64,000 nucleotides of DNA from Octopus sinensis. Lineage: Eukaryota. Position 1 is the first letter of the stretch; every line of letters starts with the position of its first letter. Under the pieces are notes generated by a model. The model was not told the DNA's origin and did no database searches. It was given only the letters and a program-made list of their open reading frames with translations. The translations under genes were made by a program, and so were the position numbers. The stretch lies in contig NC_043001.1 in assembly GCF_006345805.1 (NCBI RefSeq), positions 12,338,001 to 12,402,000 of the forward strand, written 5' to 3'. This document shows, in pieces, positions 25,780 to 39,435 of the stretch.

Positions 25780-26065
25780 AAAATCAGAACCCAAATACGC
25801 TACAGCACAAATATACAGTTCTATCGACATATATAAAATGAACGTTATAAACAATAAAGAATGCGGGAAATAATGCGAAATCAATTTGTTTAAGATGTAG
25901 ACGTTTGAGATAAGCACGTAATCGATAATGTCACACCGAGGAGATAAACGCTTCTGCTAAAATGATTGATCTTCGAGGCAATTGTTGAAAGAATTGTATA
26001 GAAAATTAGGGAATAATTTAAATGGTTGACTTTTAATAACTGAATGAATTCAAAGACAACCATTG
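25780..26065 (+). repeat. Unclassified diverged dispersed repeat (partner at 52610-52905)
   Basis: Colinear blocks such as CAATAAAGAATG..GGAAATAATG, AAAATGATTGATCT..GCAATTGTTGAAA and TGAATGAATTCAAAG. Confidence 0.7.
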
Positions 26066-26259
26066 CGTGTGAAACACCAGACGCCTGAGTTAGGTTTAAA
26101 TATGTGTGTGAGTGTATGTGTAGGAGTGTGAGTTTTCACGCGCATGTATGTGAGAATATGCGTGTATGCTTGTATGTGTGTGGGTGTGCGTATAAACATA
26201 TATACCTACATATATATATATACATACATATATATATATACATACATCTATATATATAT

Positions 26260-26369
<110 letters not shown>

Positions 26370-26629
26370 CATATATATCTACACATACATACATCTCTCT
26401 CTCTCTCTATATATATCACTCTCGCCTCCCCCACATTTTCACACCTACACATACATACACGCAGACGTCCGGAGCACCAGCCCTTTTTCACACGCACGTA
26501 CATACTATCTTATACACACACGCACCTTCGTGTTGGGGTCATCGTTACTTTGTTATCTCCCCTATTTTCCCACTCGTGTGTGACCCTTCTGTCCGAGTCA
26601 GACGCCATGATAGATATATATATATATAT

Positions 26630-26743
<114 letters not shown>

Positions 26744-27180
26744 ATTTGCGTTGTTAAGTACGAATACGTTTCTACAAACGTGGTTTTTTGTATATGTTTG
26801 TATATTTATGTTAATATTTATACTTTTAGTTTCTTAATTTATTGGCTTTTATACGATCCACCTTATTTCCTTTGTGCTTCAGTTCGTTCGTAGTTGCACA
26901 TTATTTAATTATTTACCTCCTTTGGTATTAACTTCAATTTTGATATAACGTTCTCTGTAGATATAACTTTGTATGTATGTATGTACGTACTTACGTATGT
27001 ATGCCTGCATGCATATATCTGTATGTAAATACGTACTTATATATATATATATACATATTTGCTAATGTATATATATATATGTGTGTGTGTGTGTGCGTGT
27101 GTGTGTGTGTGTGTGCGTGTTTGTGTATGTGTGTGTGTGTGTAAATATATATATAAATACATGTTGAGTATATTTATATA

Positions 27181-27529
27181 GGCGTAGGAGTGGCTGCGTG
27201 GTTCCGGGCTCAGTCCCACTGCGTGGCACCTTGGGCAAGTGTCTTCTACAGGCTTGGAAGTGGATTTGGTAGACGGAAACAGAAAGAAGCCCGTAGTACA
27301 TATGTATGTATATGTATGTGTATATGTTTGTGCGTCTGTGTTTGTGCCCTAAACTTGACAACCGATGCTGGTGTGTTTACGTACCAGTAACTTAGCGGTT
27401 TCGGCAAAGGATTCCGGTAGAATAAGTACTAGGCTTATAAAGAATAAGTTCCGGGGTCGATTTGCTCGGCTAAAAGGTGGTGCTCCAGCATGGTCACAGT
27501 CAAGTGACTGAAACAAGAAAAGTGTAAAA

Positions 27530-27531
<2 letters not shown>
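27181..27531 (+). mobile_element. SINE family A with internal deletions
   Basis: Colinear with 668-1080. Confidence 0.88.
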
Positions 27532-27563
<32 letters not shown>

Positions 27564-27599
27564 TCATATGTGTGTATGTATATACGTATATGTATATAT

Positions 27600-28088
27600 T
27601 CAGTCCGATTATTATGTCCCCGCGCATGATACAGCCTTAAGACATTTACTGGATGGCCGTTCACTCTCAAGAGTTCCCCGACCCTTTGACGGGATTTGTT
27701 TTTCATCCCGTAGGGTGTCCAATTACACCCTCCTCACAAAGCAAGATTGGTGGGGTTAGTCGCTGACGACCCGACCATGCAACAGGTTGTACTGGGTTAA
27801 ACTATTGGAAGTGAAGGACTCCTAGCCTTTGTTAGGACATCCTTCTAGTAGAAGGTAACTCATGTAACTGGGATTACTCCGACATAAAACCTGCGGCTTA
27901 GTGGTTACCAATGATGTTGACTTGTTCTTCTTTTCGGATTATGGCTGCTGTTGCTTATTGAGTGGGATTGACTCAGTGCACAGCCTTTCCTCACTTAAAA
28001 AAAATCTTCTTGTACAGGCATTGCACGATAACAACGTTGATTAAGCTTCGTGCAATGGGCATACCCTACAACAAGGGGGCAGACACCA
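27600..28088 (-). mobile_element. GC-richer insert between (TA)n tracts, possibly a LINE (RTE-like) 5' UTR derivative
   Basis: Compositional contrast with flanks and a structured end (ATTGCACGA..TCGTGCAAT stem); no protein motif. Confidence 0.3.
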
Positions 28089-28092
28089 TATA

Positions 28093-28109
<17 letters not shown>

Positions 28110-28142
<33 letters not shown>

Positions 28143-28861
28143 CAACATAATGTATATATATGTGTGTGTGTGTGTGGTGGTGTGTGTTGTGTCTGTGTGT
28201 GGTTAAATTTTATAAACCTCTATGTGTGCGTGTGTAAATACTTAACAATTTAAAGGATGATAATAATGATTAGGAATGTATATGCATATATAAGTACATG
28301 TACATATGAGTATATATATATATATTGTGTATGTATGAGTTTTTTTTGTGTGTGTAGCGAACGTAGCAAAGGTTCTCTATACATGTCTATCTCATGAGAT
28401 TGATAATATGTCTTCCCAACCTCAAGCAGGCAACACCCTTGTACACGCACATTCCATACACGGTCGACGTACGAGCATCCATGCGTGATATGCCTGCCCC
28501 TTATTCCACATTTTTACCCGCATTTTACTAAAGCAAGTGTACTCTCATATCCCAGAGTCAACGACTCAACAGCTTGCTATTTGTCGTAAGCCAGAAACGC
28601 AGCTACCCTCCGCAAATACGTACGCACACATCATAGACACCCACACACAAACACACCCTCTCTCTCTCTCTCTCACACTTTCTCTCCCTCTTTATATATA
28701 ATATATCCTTTCCTATATTCATGCATGTTTATATTATATATATAGACCATATATTATACATGCATACACCCATATGTATGTACGTATATCTAATATATAT
28801 ATATAATATATATATAAAATATATATATATATAGATATATATATGTACACACACATATATG

Positions 28862-28905
<44 letters not shown>

Positions 28906-29506
28906 TGTCTGTGTGTGTTAAATTTTATAAACCTCTATGTGTGCGTGTGTATATACTTAACAATTTAAAGGATGATAATGATTAGGAATGTATATGCATA
29001 TATAAGTACATGTACATATGAGTATATATATATATGTGTGTATGTATGAGTTTTTTTGTGTGTGTAGCGAACGTAGCAAAGGTTCTCTATACATGTCTAT
29101 CTCATGAGATTGATAATATGTCTTCCCAAACTCAAGCAGGCAACACCCTTGTACACGCACATTCCATACACGGTCGCACGTACGAGCATCCATGCGTGAT
29201 ATGCTGCCCACTTATTCACATTTTTACCCGCATTTTACTAAAGCAAGTGTACTCTCATATCCCGAGAGTCAACGACTCAACAGCTTGCTATTTGTCGTAA
29301 GCCAAGAAACGCAGCTACCCTCCGCAAATACGTACGCACACATCATATAGACACACACACAAACACACACACTCTCTCTCTCTCTCTCACACTTTCTCTC
29401 CCTCTTTATATATATAATATATACGTTTCCTATATTTCATGCATGTTGTATATTATATATATAGACATATATTATACATGCATACACACATATGTATGTA
29501 CGTATA

Positions 29507-29540
<34 letters not shown>
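28110..29540. repeat. ~715-bp tandem duplication bounded by (TA)n
   Basis: GTTAAATTTTATAAACCTC at 28202 and 28917; colinear throughout. Confidence 0.92.
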
Positions 29541-29558
<18 letters not shown>

Positions 29559-29630
29559 ATATGTGTGTGTGTGTATGTGTGTGTGTGCGTGTGTTTATGT
29601 ATATACATATATATTTATATTATATATATG

Positions 29631-29683
<53 letters not shown>

Positions 29684-30275
29684 TTAACAGAATGATATAG
29701 AAATCCAAGGCATGAAAGATTACAGAATATGGTGAAACCTTGGGAAATTTGCCTCGTTATACCGGTTATAATCGTAAGATTCAAAAATTGAATAGCACCT
29801 CTAATATTAGGAGCTCAAGATATATGGTATATCCAACAATAAACAAGATAAGTTTTTGACTTTTACCTCCTTCTCTAACACTACTATTATCATCAACTGC
29901 TGTCGAAACAGTTGTAGGAACCGGATGAACAGTTTATCCGCCCCTTTCAAAAAATTTAGCTCTAATTGTAGACCTGTGAGTCGGAGACAAGGAATTGGAG
30001 AGGACACTTGCTCCTCGGGTTTCAGGTAACCGTCCGGCAGTGGGGTTCCACCGATTATTCCAAGATGACTTCCTGTATCAGGAATGCCACATTTTTATCA
30101 TCCTCCTCAACATTTCTTTTACCTTTGTATGTTATGCAAATGTCTCTCTTTTTCAATATAAACCGTGTAAAATTCCATTTGTTCTAACATTTTATCATTA
30201 TATGTAAACGCCACATTTTACGTCTGACTTTGCATTGTACCCCTCATCCTTCGCACTTGGAGAAAATAAATGAAA

Positions 30276-30496
<221 letters not shown>

Positions 30497-30868
30497 GAGA
30501 GAGAGAACAGTGCATGCCATCAAAATGACACTGGGGTAAAATATACGAAGCCCAGTATACCCATCATGACTACACGTCTGATAAGGGTGCACTAGGCACA
30601 TGCATCACAATCATATGTGCGCGACATGGTGATCTCATATTCACCAGCACATGAGATATACGAAACATATATACGTGAGATAAACAGCACATGACTTTGC
30701 AGGTGGAGCCCAGTTAGAATTTTCTTCTGGTTGAGTAGCCCATCCCGCTCAAAAGGTCCCTGAATAAAGGTTGTTTAAGGATGTTGAACGAAACACTCCT
30801 GTTTACAGAGGTGAATTATTCAAACCCCAAAGAACACATCGCAACACATGGCTATGATGCTCCAGCAC
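30497..30868 (-). mobile_element. Non-coding (AAT)n-embedded retroposon, family F, 5'-truncated
   Basis: Reverse complement of 34560-34807 plus 35657-35747; (TTA)n on both sides. Confidence 0.75.
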
Positions 30869-30907
<39 letters not shown>

Positions 30908-30909
<2 letters not shown>

Positions 30910-31364
30910 TATGTTTGACTTTTACTTTATATTTGTACAAGTTGGCTCCAAGTCTCACCCAGAGACCTCAAGAGACAACAGGTTGGAAGTTCATGTTGTT
31001 GTTATGCCTAGTGTGCCATATATTTGGGTGGGGGGAGTTTTTGGTGTTGTACTAATGACTGTCTAAAAAAACATTTTTTTTTTTAAACCGAAAATTATGT
31101 TTGTTTTAAACCTTGAGATTACATAGAAAGTATTATGCGTAGGATATGAGCAGTTCCCATGAGCACTATCTTTTGAATTTCTACCATTTTTGGGTTTCCT
31201 GGTACCTGAGTTAGGTAGCGATCAGCCCCTTTTGCTATCATTCCCAGGGCACCGATGACAACAGGTATTGTTTTAGTCTTCAGGTTCCACATTTTGCTGA
31301 TTTCTATTTCAAGATCTTTATATTTGCTCAGTTCTTGGTAGGTCTTGACAGATACGTTTATATC
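30908..31364 (-). mobile_element. Dong/R4 3' end (ORF remnant 31119-31364 plus 3' UTR), flanked by (TTA)n on both sides
   Basis: DINVSVKTYQELSKYKDLEIEISKMWNLKTKTIPVVIGALGMI..EIQKIVLMGTAHILRIILSM*. Confidence 0.88.
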
Positions 31365-31365
31365 A

Positions 31366-31426
<61 letters not shown>

Positions 31427-31831
31427 AAATCTCAACTTGCTTTTTTTTTTGGTATGAAGTAAAGTGCCATCTGTCCATATTTGTTTACTGATCATGCTTC
31501 AAGAACCCTGCGGAAAACTGTTGCAATTTCAAGGAACGATGCGTTTTCGTAAGTGTTCTATCTTTGCATTCGTTGCAATCTCCTTGAGCTACGTTGTACG
31601 TTGATTGCTGATTCTTTCAATGGCACCAATCAATAATGTTATGATGTCAACTTCCTTCATTGCCCGCAACTCGCGTATTTCTCACTTCAATTCATCTTAG
31701 TTATTCATTTTTTCTTTTTCCTCTTCCAACGTGTTGTCACCAAGACGTGCTACGTCAATTATCAGACATTTTTTTTCTTTTGTTTTTGTCTTTTCTATTC
31801 ACTATAACAATGTCTAGCATCTTTCAATTCC

Positions 31832-32190
31832 TCTCTACCAAATCGATTCACAAGCGTTTGGTCGATGCGGCGGTGCTATAGTAGAAGGTACTTGCCGAAG
31901 GTATCCTGCAGTGGGACAAGGCGACGAGCTGGCAGAAACGTTAGCACGCCGGGCGAAATGCGTAGCCGTATTTCGTCTGCCGTTACGTTCTGAGTTCAAA
32001 TTCTGCCGAGGTCGACTTTGCCTTTCATCCTTTCGGGGTCGATTAAATAAATACCAGTTACGCACTTAATCCGTTCCGTTTGTCTGTTCTTGTTTGTCCC
32101 CTCTGTGTTTAGCCCGCTGTGGGTGGTAAAGAAATAGGTATCCTGCAGTGGGACTTTACAAAGAACGATGTAGTTATAAAGCAAAATGGC
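31832..32190 (-). mobile_element. Old SINE family A fragment interrupted by SINE B
   Basis: CTACCAAATC..TCACAAG..GCTATAGTAGAAG..CTTGCC..GCAGTGGGAC is the reverse complement of the family A head. Confidence 0.65.
31918..32135 (+). mobile_element. SINE family B with perfect 19-bp TSD
   Basis: AGGTATCCTGCAGTGGGAC at 31899-31917 and 32136-32154. Confidence 0.93.
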
Positions 32191-32648
32191 ATATATTCTT
32201 TTATTCATATACCTTATACTGGTATACCTTATACTGATTTTAGACACTGAACTGCGATCATGCTTGCTCCTGTGTGGCTAACATCGAGAGAGCGTGAGTT
32301 TTTTAATCCTCGCCCTCGGCACCCGTTAAATTCTTATTAATTCTAGTCAGACAAAAATTGATTTTTCTCTATGTTAATGTTCTTTGTGAGTAACTTTAAA
32401 TGATTATATATTTATCGGACCTGCTCTTGAATGTTAGTGTTGAGACCTGTTTATATTCACAGCTTCTTAAAGGAGGTTATTTAAAGACATAAAAACCTCC
32501 GAATAGCAGATATTTGAAATAATGTTTCTTGATCTCAGTTCAGAAAGTAATATGTGCAGATGGCATTATCTACCAGTTTCTGCATTAAAGTTGTTATCAA
32601 TGCCAACAATTAGATCATAAACTTCCAGCAGCATCCATATATATATAT

Positions 32649-32726
<78 letters not shown>

Positions 32727-34169
32727 ATATTATATATATATATGTATATATACATAAAATATATTTTTCTCTGTACACTTGAAGACAACAGAGATGTATT
32801 CCTCCTTTTTAATTAATGATTAACATCCACTGTAAACTTTTACCTCAATTCCATGTATAATACTGTGTGTTTAAGGATCAGGGGTCTAAATAGTAATCTA
32901 TTCTACTCAAACTTTAGGTTTCCACAATTTTAATTTCGGGTTTTCATATGATGAACGTTCGTAGAATCTATCCAGTGAAACGTCTGCATTCACACTTCTC
33001 ATTTGTGTCTGGCGAAAGATCTTTTATTTGATATAAGTATTCCTTAGTCGCGTATGACGTCGGAGTTTTGAATTAGTCTATTTTTCGCCTGTCAAATGAA
33101 TTATACTTTGCCAATAGTGTCCAACATTATAAGACATATACAAGCCCCAAATATATGGAAATATGTATGTAGTGGATTTTATCAACCTCGAGTTTTGACT
33201 GCTTCTTCATATTATTGACGGCACAACACTGAAAGGCGAAACTGACCTCTGGGTCATTTGTATTTCAGATGAAATACCGCAATATTTCTGCTTCTCTATA
33301 TCAAAATACTGTCAATATCAGTTTGTTGTTGCTGTTTAATAATCGATAATCAGAGTACTGTAGCCGATGTTTTTTCACACCCAGTTCTCTCTCTTTTCCT
33401 AACGCTCTCTCTCTCCTTCTCTCTCTCCCTCTCTTTCTATTGCTCTCCCGTTTTCTCCCTTTACCTGCACAGTCCTACGATTCAGAATTTCGTTTTTTTT
33501 TCTATTATAGTGTTCAAATGAGTTGGCCTAAAACACTTATTGTTCGGCCTACCACGAACATGCTGAATAATGAGAAAGGCCCGAGTCGCCTGAATATGCA
33601 CAGAATTTACTGTTAAATAAACGAGACAAAATCGTATCAAAATAACAGTTTAATAAGAAAGTAATTCCTTCTGATTCATTTCTATAATTTTTATGTCATA
33701 ATGAATTTATAACATAACTGAAAATACACCGTCAAGTTTATTTTAATATATAAATGAGAATTTAAGTATCTACGTTGCTAAAGTTTCCAGATCAACTAAT
33801 TACAACTTCCGATATCATTTCACTGGATTTTTTTCGACAACCGAAATATGAAACGACCAAACCTCAAGTATATATACGTTTCGTATTTATAGAAAATATC
33901 TTTAACGACGATGGTGATTATTATTATATGTATCATCATTCTAATTAATCATATTAGCATCTGCATACACCGGCAGCTGCAGCAGTCACAGCAGGAGCAG
34001 CTGCTTCGAATGTAGTAGTCACGAGAAATACATTAGTAATACGCCGCAGGGACTATTATGCAACAAAATACAAACACAGTAAATGGAAGACCACTCAAGA
34101 AAAGAAATGCAAGTATTAGATGATCTTTTATATTTCTTTAACAATTATAACCTAATATAATAAATAATA

Positions 34170-34244
<75 letters not shown>

Positions 34245-34259
34245 GATAATGAAAATAAT

Positions 34260-34290
<31 letters not shown>

Positions 34291-34338
34291 TAATAATAAT
34301 AATAATAATAACAATAATAATAATAATAATGATAATAA

Positions 34339-35747
34339 ATGCCCCGGTGCAGTACCAGGCAGTGGCTTTCAAGGCTTCTGATCTGAACTGATTCGAAGTG
34401 TTATCATGTACATTGTTTTGTTTTGGTATAAAAGATGGGCTACAGCAAATATTCTGCTCAATACCACAGATTTGCTTGTCCGTTGTTTGACCATAACCAG
34501 TTGACCATGTCCATTAGTGGTTGACGATATGTGCATCTCTGATCAGGAGCAGAAGTAGTGGGGAGCATCACAGCCGTGTGTTGAAAGGAATTTGCGGACG
34601 TTTGGATAATTCACCTTTGGAAACATGGGTGGTTCGTTTAACATCCTTAAACAATCCTTACCCAGGGACTTTTGAGCGGGATGGTCTACTGGACCAGAAT
34701 AAAATTCTAACTGGGCCCCACCTGCAAGGTCATGTGCTGTTTGTCTTGATATGAGATCACCATTTCCTGCACATATGGTTGTGATGCATACGCCTGGTGT
34801 ACCCTTAGTAAGTTAATTAGTTAATGTTTTGGCTCAAAAAGCAAAAAGCAAGGCCATGTAGTGGGACATGGAGTTATGTACAGGGTGGTGTTCATGTAAA
34901 GAGTTCAGGCCACTTGAGGTCAAGAGAGACTTTGAACAAAGTGGTCGTCGGTATCTTCGCCATCTCGTCTGGCAGCCTGTTCCACGGCTCCGCAACCCGG
35001 ACGGAGAAAGTCCCTCTCCTTCGATTGAGATGAAATCGTCGCAGATAGAGCTTTTCGGAATGACCACGCAGCCGACGCTCTGGAGCAGGAGTGAAGAACA
35101 GCTCTTTCGAGAGGTTACACTTTCCGCTTATGATGTTGTGAATGAGAATGAGATCACCACGGCGACGGCGTTTTTCGAGAGAATAAAGGTCGAGCGTGTT
35201 CAGCCTTTCTTCATAAGACAAATTCTTGACACCTTGAACCATGCGGGTAGCCAGCTTCTGGACTCTTTCGAGATGCTGTATGTCTTTGAGGAGATAAGGA
35301 GAAGAGGCTTGAATCCCGTACTCCAATATGGGTCTCACCAGCGTGACATAGAGCGGTAGGAATATGGCTGCTGTGAGCATTCCGAATGACCGTCGAATCA
35401 AAAACAGAATTCCGCGTGCTTTGTTGGCAGCATGGACGCACTGAGCCGAAGGCGAAAAGGAGGAATCCACCAAGATACCCAGGTCCTTTACCAGATCGGT
35501 CCTCTCCAGCAGCAGACGACCCGGTTCGAAATCAAGTTGAGTTGCAGCAGGAGAGCCAGCAGGCAGATGACAGCACTTTGACACGTTCAGACACAGGTCC
35601 CATTCGTTAGACCACCTCCAAATTTAGTGGAGGCATCGACGAAGATCCTCTATATCACCCTTATCAGACGGGTAGTCATGATGGGTATACTAAGCCTCGT
35701 ATATTTTACCCAGTGTCACTTTGATGGCATGCACTACTTCCTCACTC
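34339..35747 (+). mobile_element. Family F element (34339-34807 plus 35657-35747) split by a CR1-type LINE; (AAT)n on both sides
   Basis: The halves rejoin to match the uninterrupted copy at 30497-30868. Confidence 0.78.
34808..35656 (-). mobile_element. 5'-truncated CR1-group LINE, open ORF2 C-terminus 34892-35584
   Basis: KDLGILVDSSFSPSAQC..LYVTLVRPILEYG..LERVQKLATR..SYEERL..LYSLEKRRRRGDLI..WNRLP; TSD ACCCTTA at 34801-34807 and 35657-35663. Confidence 0.92.
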
Positions 35748-35803
<56 letters not shown>

Positions 35804-35869
35804 ATTCAAATATTGCCACAAAGACAGCAATTTTCAAGGAATGGATGAGTTAATTACACAGTATCCAAC

Positions 35870-35999
35870 TGCTTCTTATTTTATCGACCCGAAAGGATGA
35901 AAATCAAAATCGACCTAGGTGGAATTTAAATCAGAACGTAGCGAAATAACGCTAAGCATTTCGGCCAGCACGCTAACGATTCTGCCAGCTCGTCGCTTT
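35870..35999 (-). mobile_element. SINE family B, diverged
   Basis: Reverse complement of the family B head and core. Confidence 0.75.
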
Positions 36000-36001
36000 A
36001 A

Positions 36002-36055
<54 letters not shown>

Positions 36056-36123
36056 GGGTGGTAGTGGTGTTGGGGGTGGTAGTGGTGGTGGTGGTGGTGG
36101 TGGTACTGGTGATGGTGGTGGTG

Positions 36124-36166
<43 letters not shown>

Positions 36167-36313
36167 TGGTAGTAGTAGTAGTAACAGTAGTAGTAGTTGC
36201 AGCAACAGCAGTAGTAGCAGTAGTAGTAGCAATAGTTGTAGTAGTTGTAGTAACATAGACGATAATGATGATGTTAGTAATAATAATAATAATCATAATA
36301 ATCATAATAAAAA

Positions 36314-36349
<36 letters not shown>

Positions 36350-36382
36350 TAATAATAATAATAATAACAACAACAACAACAA
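36000..36382. repeat. (AGT)/(GGT)/(AAT)/(AAC) compound microsatellite
   Basis: Seen directly. Confidence 0.95.
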
Positions 36383-36384
36383 CC

Positions 36385-36514
36385 AGAACATCGAAAAATA
36401 TCTTAGGTATGAGAACCCAAGACACCTGATGAAGGCTGGAGGATATATCAGCCGAAACATTGTGTTAACTACAAACAAGATGAGGACAAACATCCGTCTA
36501 ATGTAAATAATGCA

Positions 36515-36515
<1 letters not shown>
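36385..36515 (+). mobile_element. Headless SINE family E copy
   Basis: Matches 50640-50805; lies between (AAT)n tracts. Confidence 0.8.
36421..36466 (+). ncRNA. Minimal type I hammerhead ribozyme, intact core
   Basis: GACAC-CUGAUGA-A-GGCUG-N10-CAGCC-GAAA-CAU-U|GUGUU; stems I and II fully paired. Confidence 0.8.
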
Positions 36516-36580
<65 letters not shown>

Positions 36581-36902
36581 AAGAAGAAGAAGAAGAAGAA
36601 GAAGAAGAATTTATTACGAGACATAATTTCATTTCTATAGGTGTTATCATTCATATAGAATTCGAAGTCTGACCAAGACGATTTGGAAATAGCGATAGCA
36701 ATTATGCCATTGTCAATTGTGCCATTACCAATTGTTAATGCATGATGTCGAAAAATGGACACAACTGTAGACGTGCATACACATACGTATATAAAGTCAG
36801 ACATCTGTATACGTCTTTCTTCTTTGCGCTGTATACTGAAATCACAATTTAATTCCCATCAGATGTGTTCTTTGGTGTAAATATTTTATATATGTGTATA
36901 TT

Positions 36903-37113
36903 GACTCTTTCACTCTTTTACTCTTTTACTTGTTTCAGTCAATTGACTGCGGCCATGCTGGAGCACCACCTTTAGTCGAGCAAATCGACCCCGGGACGTA
37001 TTCTTTGTAAGCCCAGTACTTATTCTATCGGTCTCTTTTGCCGAACCGCTAAGTGACGAGGACGTAAACACACCAGCATCGGTTGTCAAGCAATGCTAGG
37101 GGGACAAACACAA

Positions 37114-37158
<45 letters not shown>

Positions 37159-37323
37159 TACGACAGGCTTCTTTCAGTTTCCGTCTACCAAATCCACTCA
37201 CAAGGCATTAGTCGGCCCGGGGCTATAGCAGAAGACACTTGCGCAAGATGCCACGCAGTGGGACTGAACGCGAAACCATGTGGTTAGTAAGCAAGCTACC
37301 TACCACACAGCCACTCCTGCGCC
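36903..37323 (-). mobile_element. SINE family A, full length
   Basis: Reverse complement of 668-1080. Confidence 0.92.
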
Positions 37324-37642
37324 TATATTATTATTTAATTATATCGTTTAGTCAGAACACGAATATATTCAACATATTCTGCAATAGTCGAGGTTATAGA
37401 AGCACTTAGAAAATACTGACTCATGACAAAAGACGAACGAGAAGTACAACACAGCTTTGTTAATAAATTACTGTAGCAAAGTTGTGCATATGCTGGTTGG
37501 AACTTTGTTCTTAAATTTATCCTGAAGCTGGTGCATCAAACAGGTGCATTTGGTAGTTGGAGAAAGTTGCAGTAAATTAATCTTTCTATTCATTATTGAG
37601 ATCTGTTAGCTCAACAAGTGAGACGCAAGTTCGACACTGTAA

Positions 37643-38030
37643 TCTTTATATATAAAAGTGAAGTTGTGTGTGTGTCTGTCTACTCCGATTTAGATTCCTA
37701 ACTACTCCCACATTTTGCGGTGCAGTTTAACCAAAACCGGGTATCTTATAGTCGTGATTCATATCGAGCCCTTCTGTGTATTAGCGCGCGTCTACGATGA
37801 GTCTACGATTTAAAAAAAAAATTACCAGCATTTTTTTTCCATTTTAATGCATTTTTTCGCTATTATATAAGGGAAGTAACTCTCTAAAAATGTCTACGAT
37901 GAGTCCACGATTTAAAAAAAAATTACCATAATTCTTTTTCCATTTTTAATGCATTTTCTTCTATTTTTTGGCTATAACTTATATAGTTATTTCCCTTACA
38001 AACTCGAGCAACGCCGGGCGATACTGCTAG
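37643..38030 (+). mobile_element. Non-autonomous Helitron (family H)
   Basis: A|TC...CTAG|T with subterminal hairpin. Confidence 0.9.
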
Positions 38031-38417
38031 TGTATTATAAGCGAACGGCAATGCGTGTGTTTGCCCATGTATATTTAAGTATAACTATATAGATATAAAA
38101 GTCAGGTTGTGTGTGTGTGTGTTTGTATTTGTGTGTTTATGTGTGTGTGTGTATGTGTGTGTGTGTGTGTATGTGTGTGTGTGTGTACGTGTGTCTGTGT
38201 GTGTATGTGTGTGTGTGTGTGTATGCGTGTGTGTGTGTGTATGTGTGTGTAAACGCGCATAACTTCTGATGTTCACACCTGATTTTGTCCAAACTGGGAA
38301 CATACTTTACATATGTTCTCCTTTTTAAAAAATTGGAATTAATTAATGCTTTTAATTAACGTTTAATTATTAACATAACAGTATCATTTCAGTTCACTGT
38401 ATGTGTTTTTTAAAATA

Positions 38418-38620
38418 AGGCAGCGAGCTGGCAGAAACGTTAGCACGTCTGCCGCTACGTTTTGAGTTCAAATTCCGCCGTGGTCGACTTTGCCTTTCAT
38501 ACTTTCGGGGTCGATTAAATAAGTACAAGTTACGCACAGGGGTCGATATAATCGACTTAATCCGTTTGTGTCTCCTTGTTTGTCCCTTCTGTGTTTAGCC
38601 CCTTGTGGGTAGTAAAGAAA
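38418..38620 (+). mobile_element. SINE family B with internal deletion
   Basis: Colinear with 52084-52316. Confidence 0.88.
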
Positions 38621-38956
38621 CATATATGTATTTCTTAAAATTTGCTAAGATATTGGTATCATTTAACTTTTCTCTTGACATTTCAGAATTAAGGTACAAT
38701 TGTCGTCTTATTTTATTACATCATCTACCTTCACATAATGCCTCCAAAGAAGAGATCCTCAACTGATCGATAATTTACCACATTCTCAAGTGGCTGTTTT
38801 AAAGTGAAATACTTCCACCAAAAAACCAGCACTGTAAGTAAAATTAATAAGAATCTGTTGCCTATCTGATACAATCCCAAATCTACAAGAAATGCAGCAC
38901 GGAATTTTATCAATGAACAGGTCGCGGTCTCAAAGCGACGAAAATATTTTGGCAAA

Positions 38957-39352
38957 TCTTTATATATAACAGTGAAGTTGTGTGTCTGTCTCCTACGATT
39001 TAAATTCCTAACTACTCCCACATTTTGCGGTGCAGTTTAACCAAAACCGGGTATCTTATAGTCGTGATTCATATCGAGCCCTTCTGGGTATTAGCGCGCG
39101 TCTACGATGAGTCTACGATTTAAAAAAAAATTACCATCATTTTTTGCCATTTTAATGCATTCTTTCGCTATTATATAAGGGAAGTAACTCTCTAAAAATG
39201 TCTACGATGAGTCAACGATTTAAAAAAAAAATTACCATAATTTCTTTTCCATTTTTAATGCATTTTTTTGCTATTTTTGGCTATAACTCTCTAAAAATGC
39301 TTATATAGTTATTTCCCTTACAAACCCGAGCAACGCCGGGCGATACTGCTAG
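38957..39352 (+). mobile_element. Non-autonomous Helitron (family H) nested in a MITE-like element
   Basis: The flanks rejoin to match the empty-site sequence at 19318-19350; no TSD. Confidence 0.92.
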
Positions 39353-39435
39353 TTATATTTAAATGTTGAAGTGAATCTAACGGTTTTTGTGTGTTTCTCC
39401 AATGGCTTATAAACACCTTCCACGCTGCAGTTGGT

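Noticed and set aside
29740-29800. Possible decayed HHR around ATACCGGTT on the minus strand
   Set aside because: Core and stem II are not recoverable; single copy
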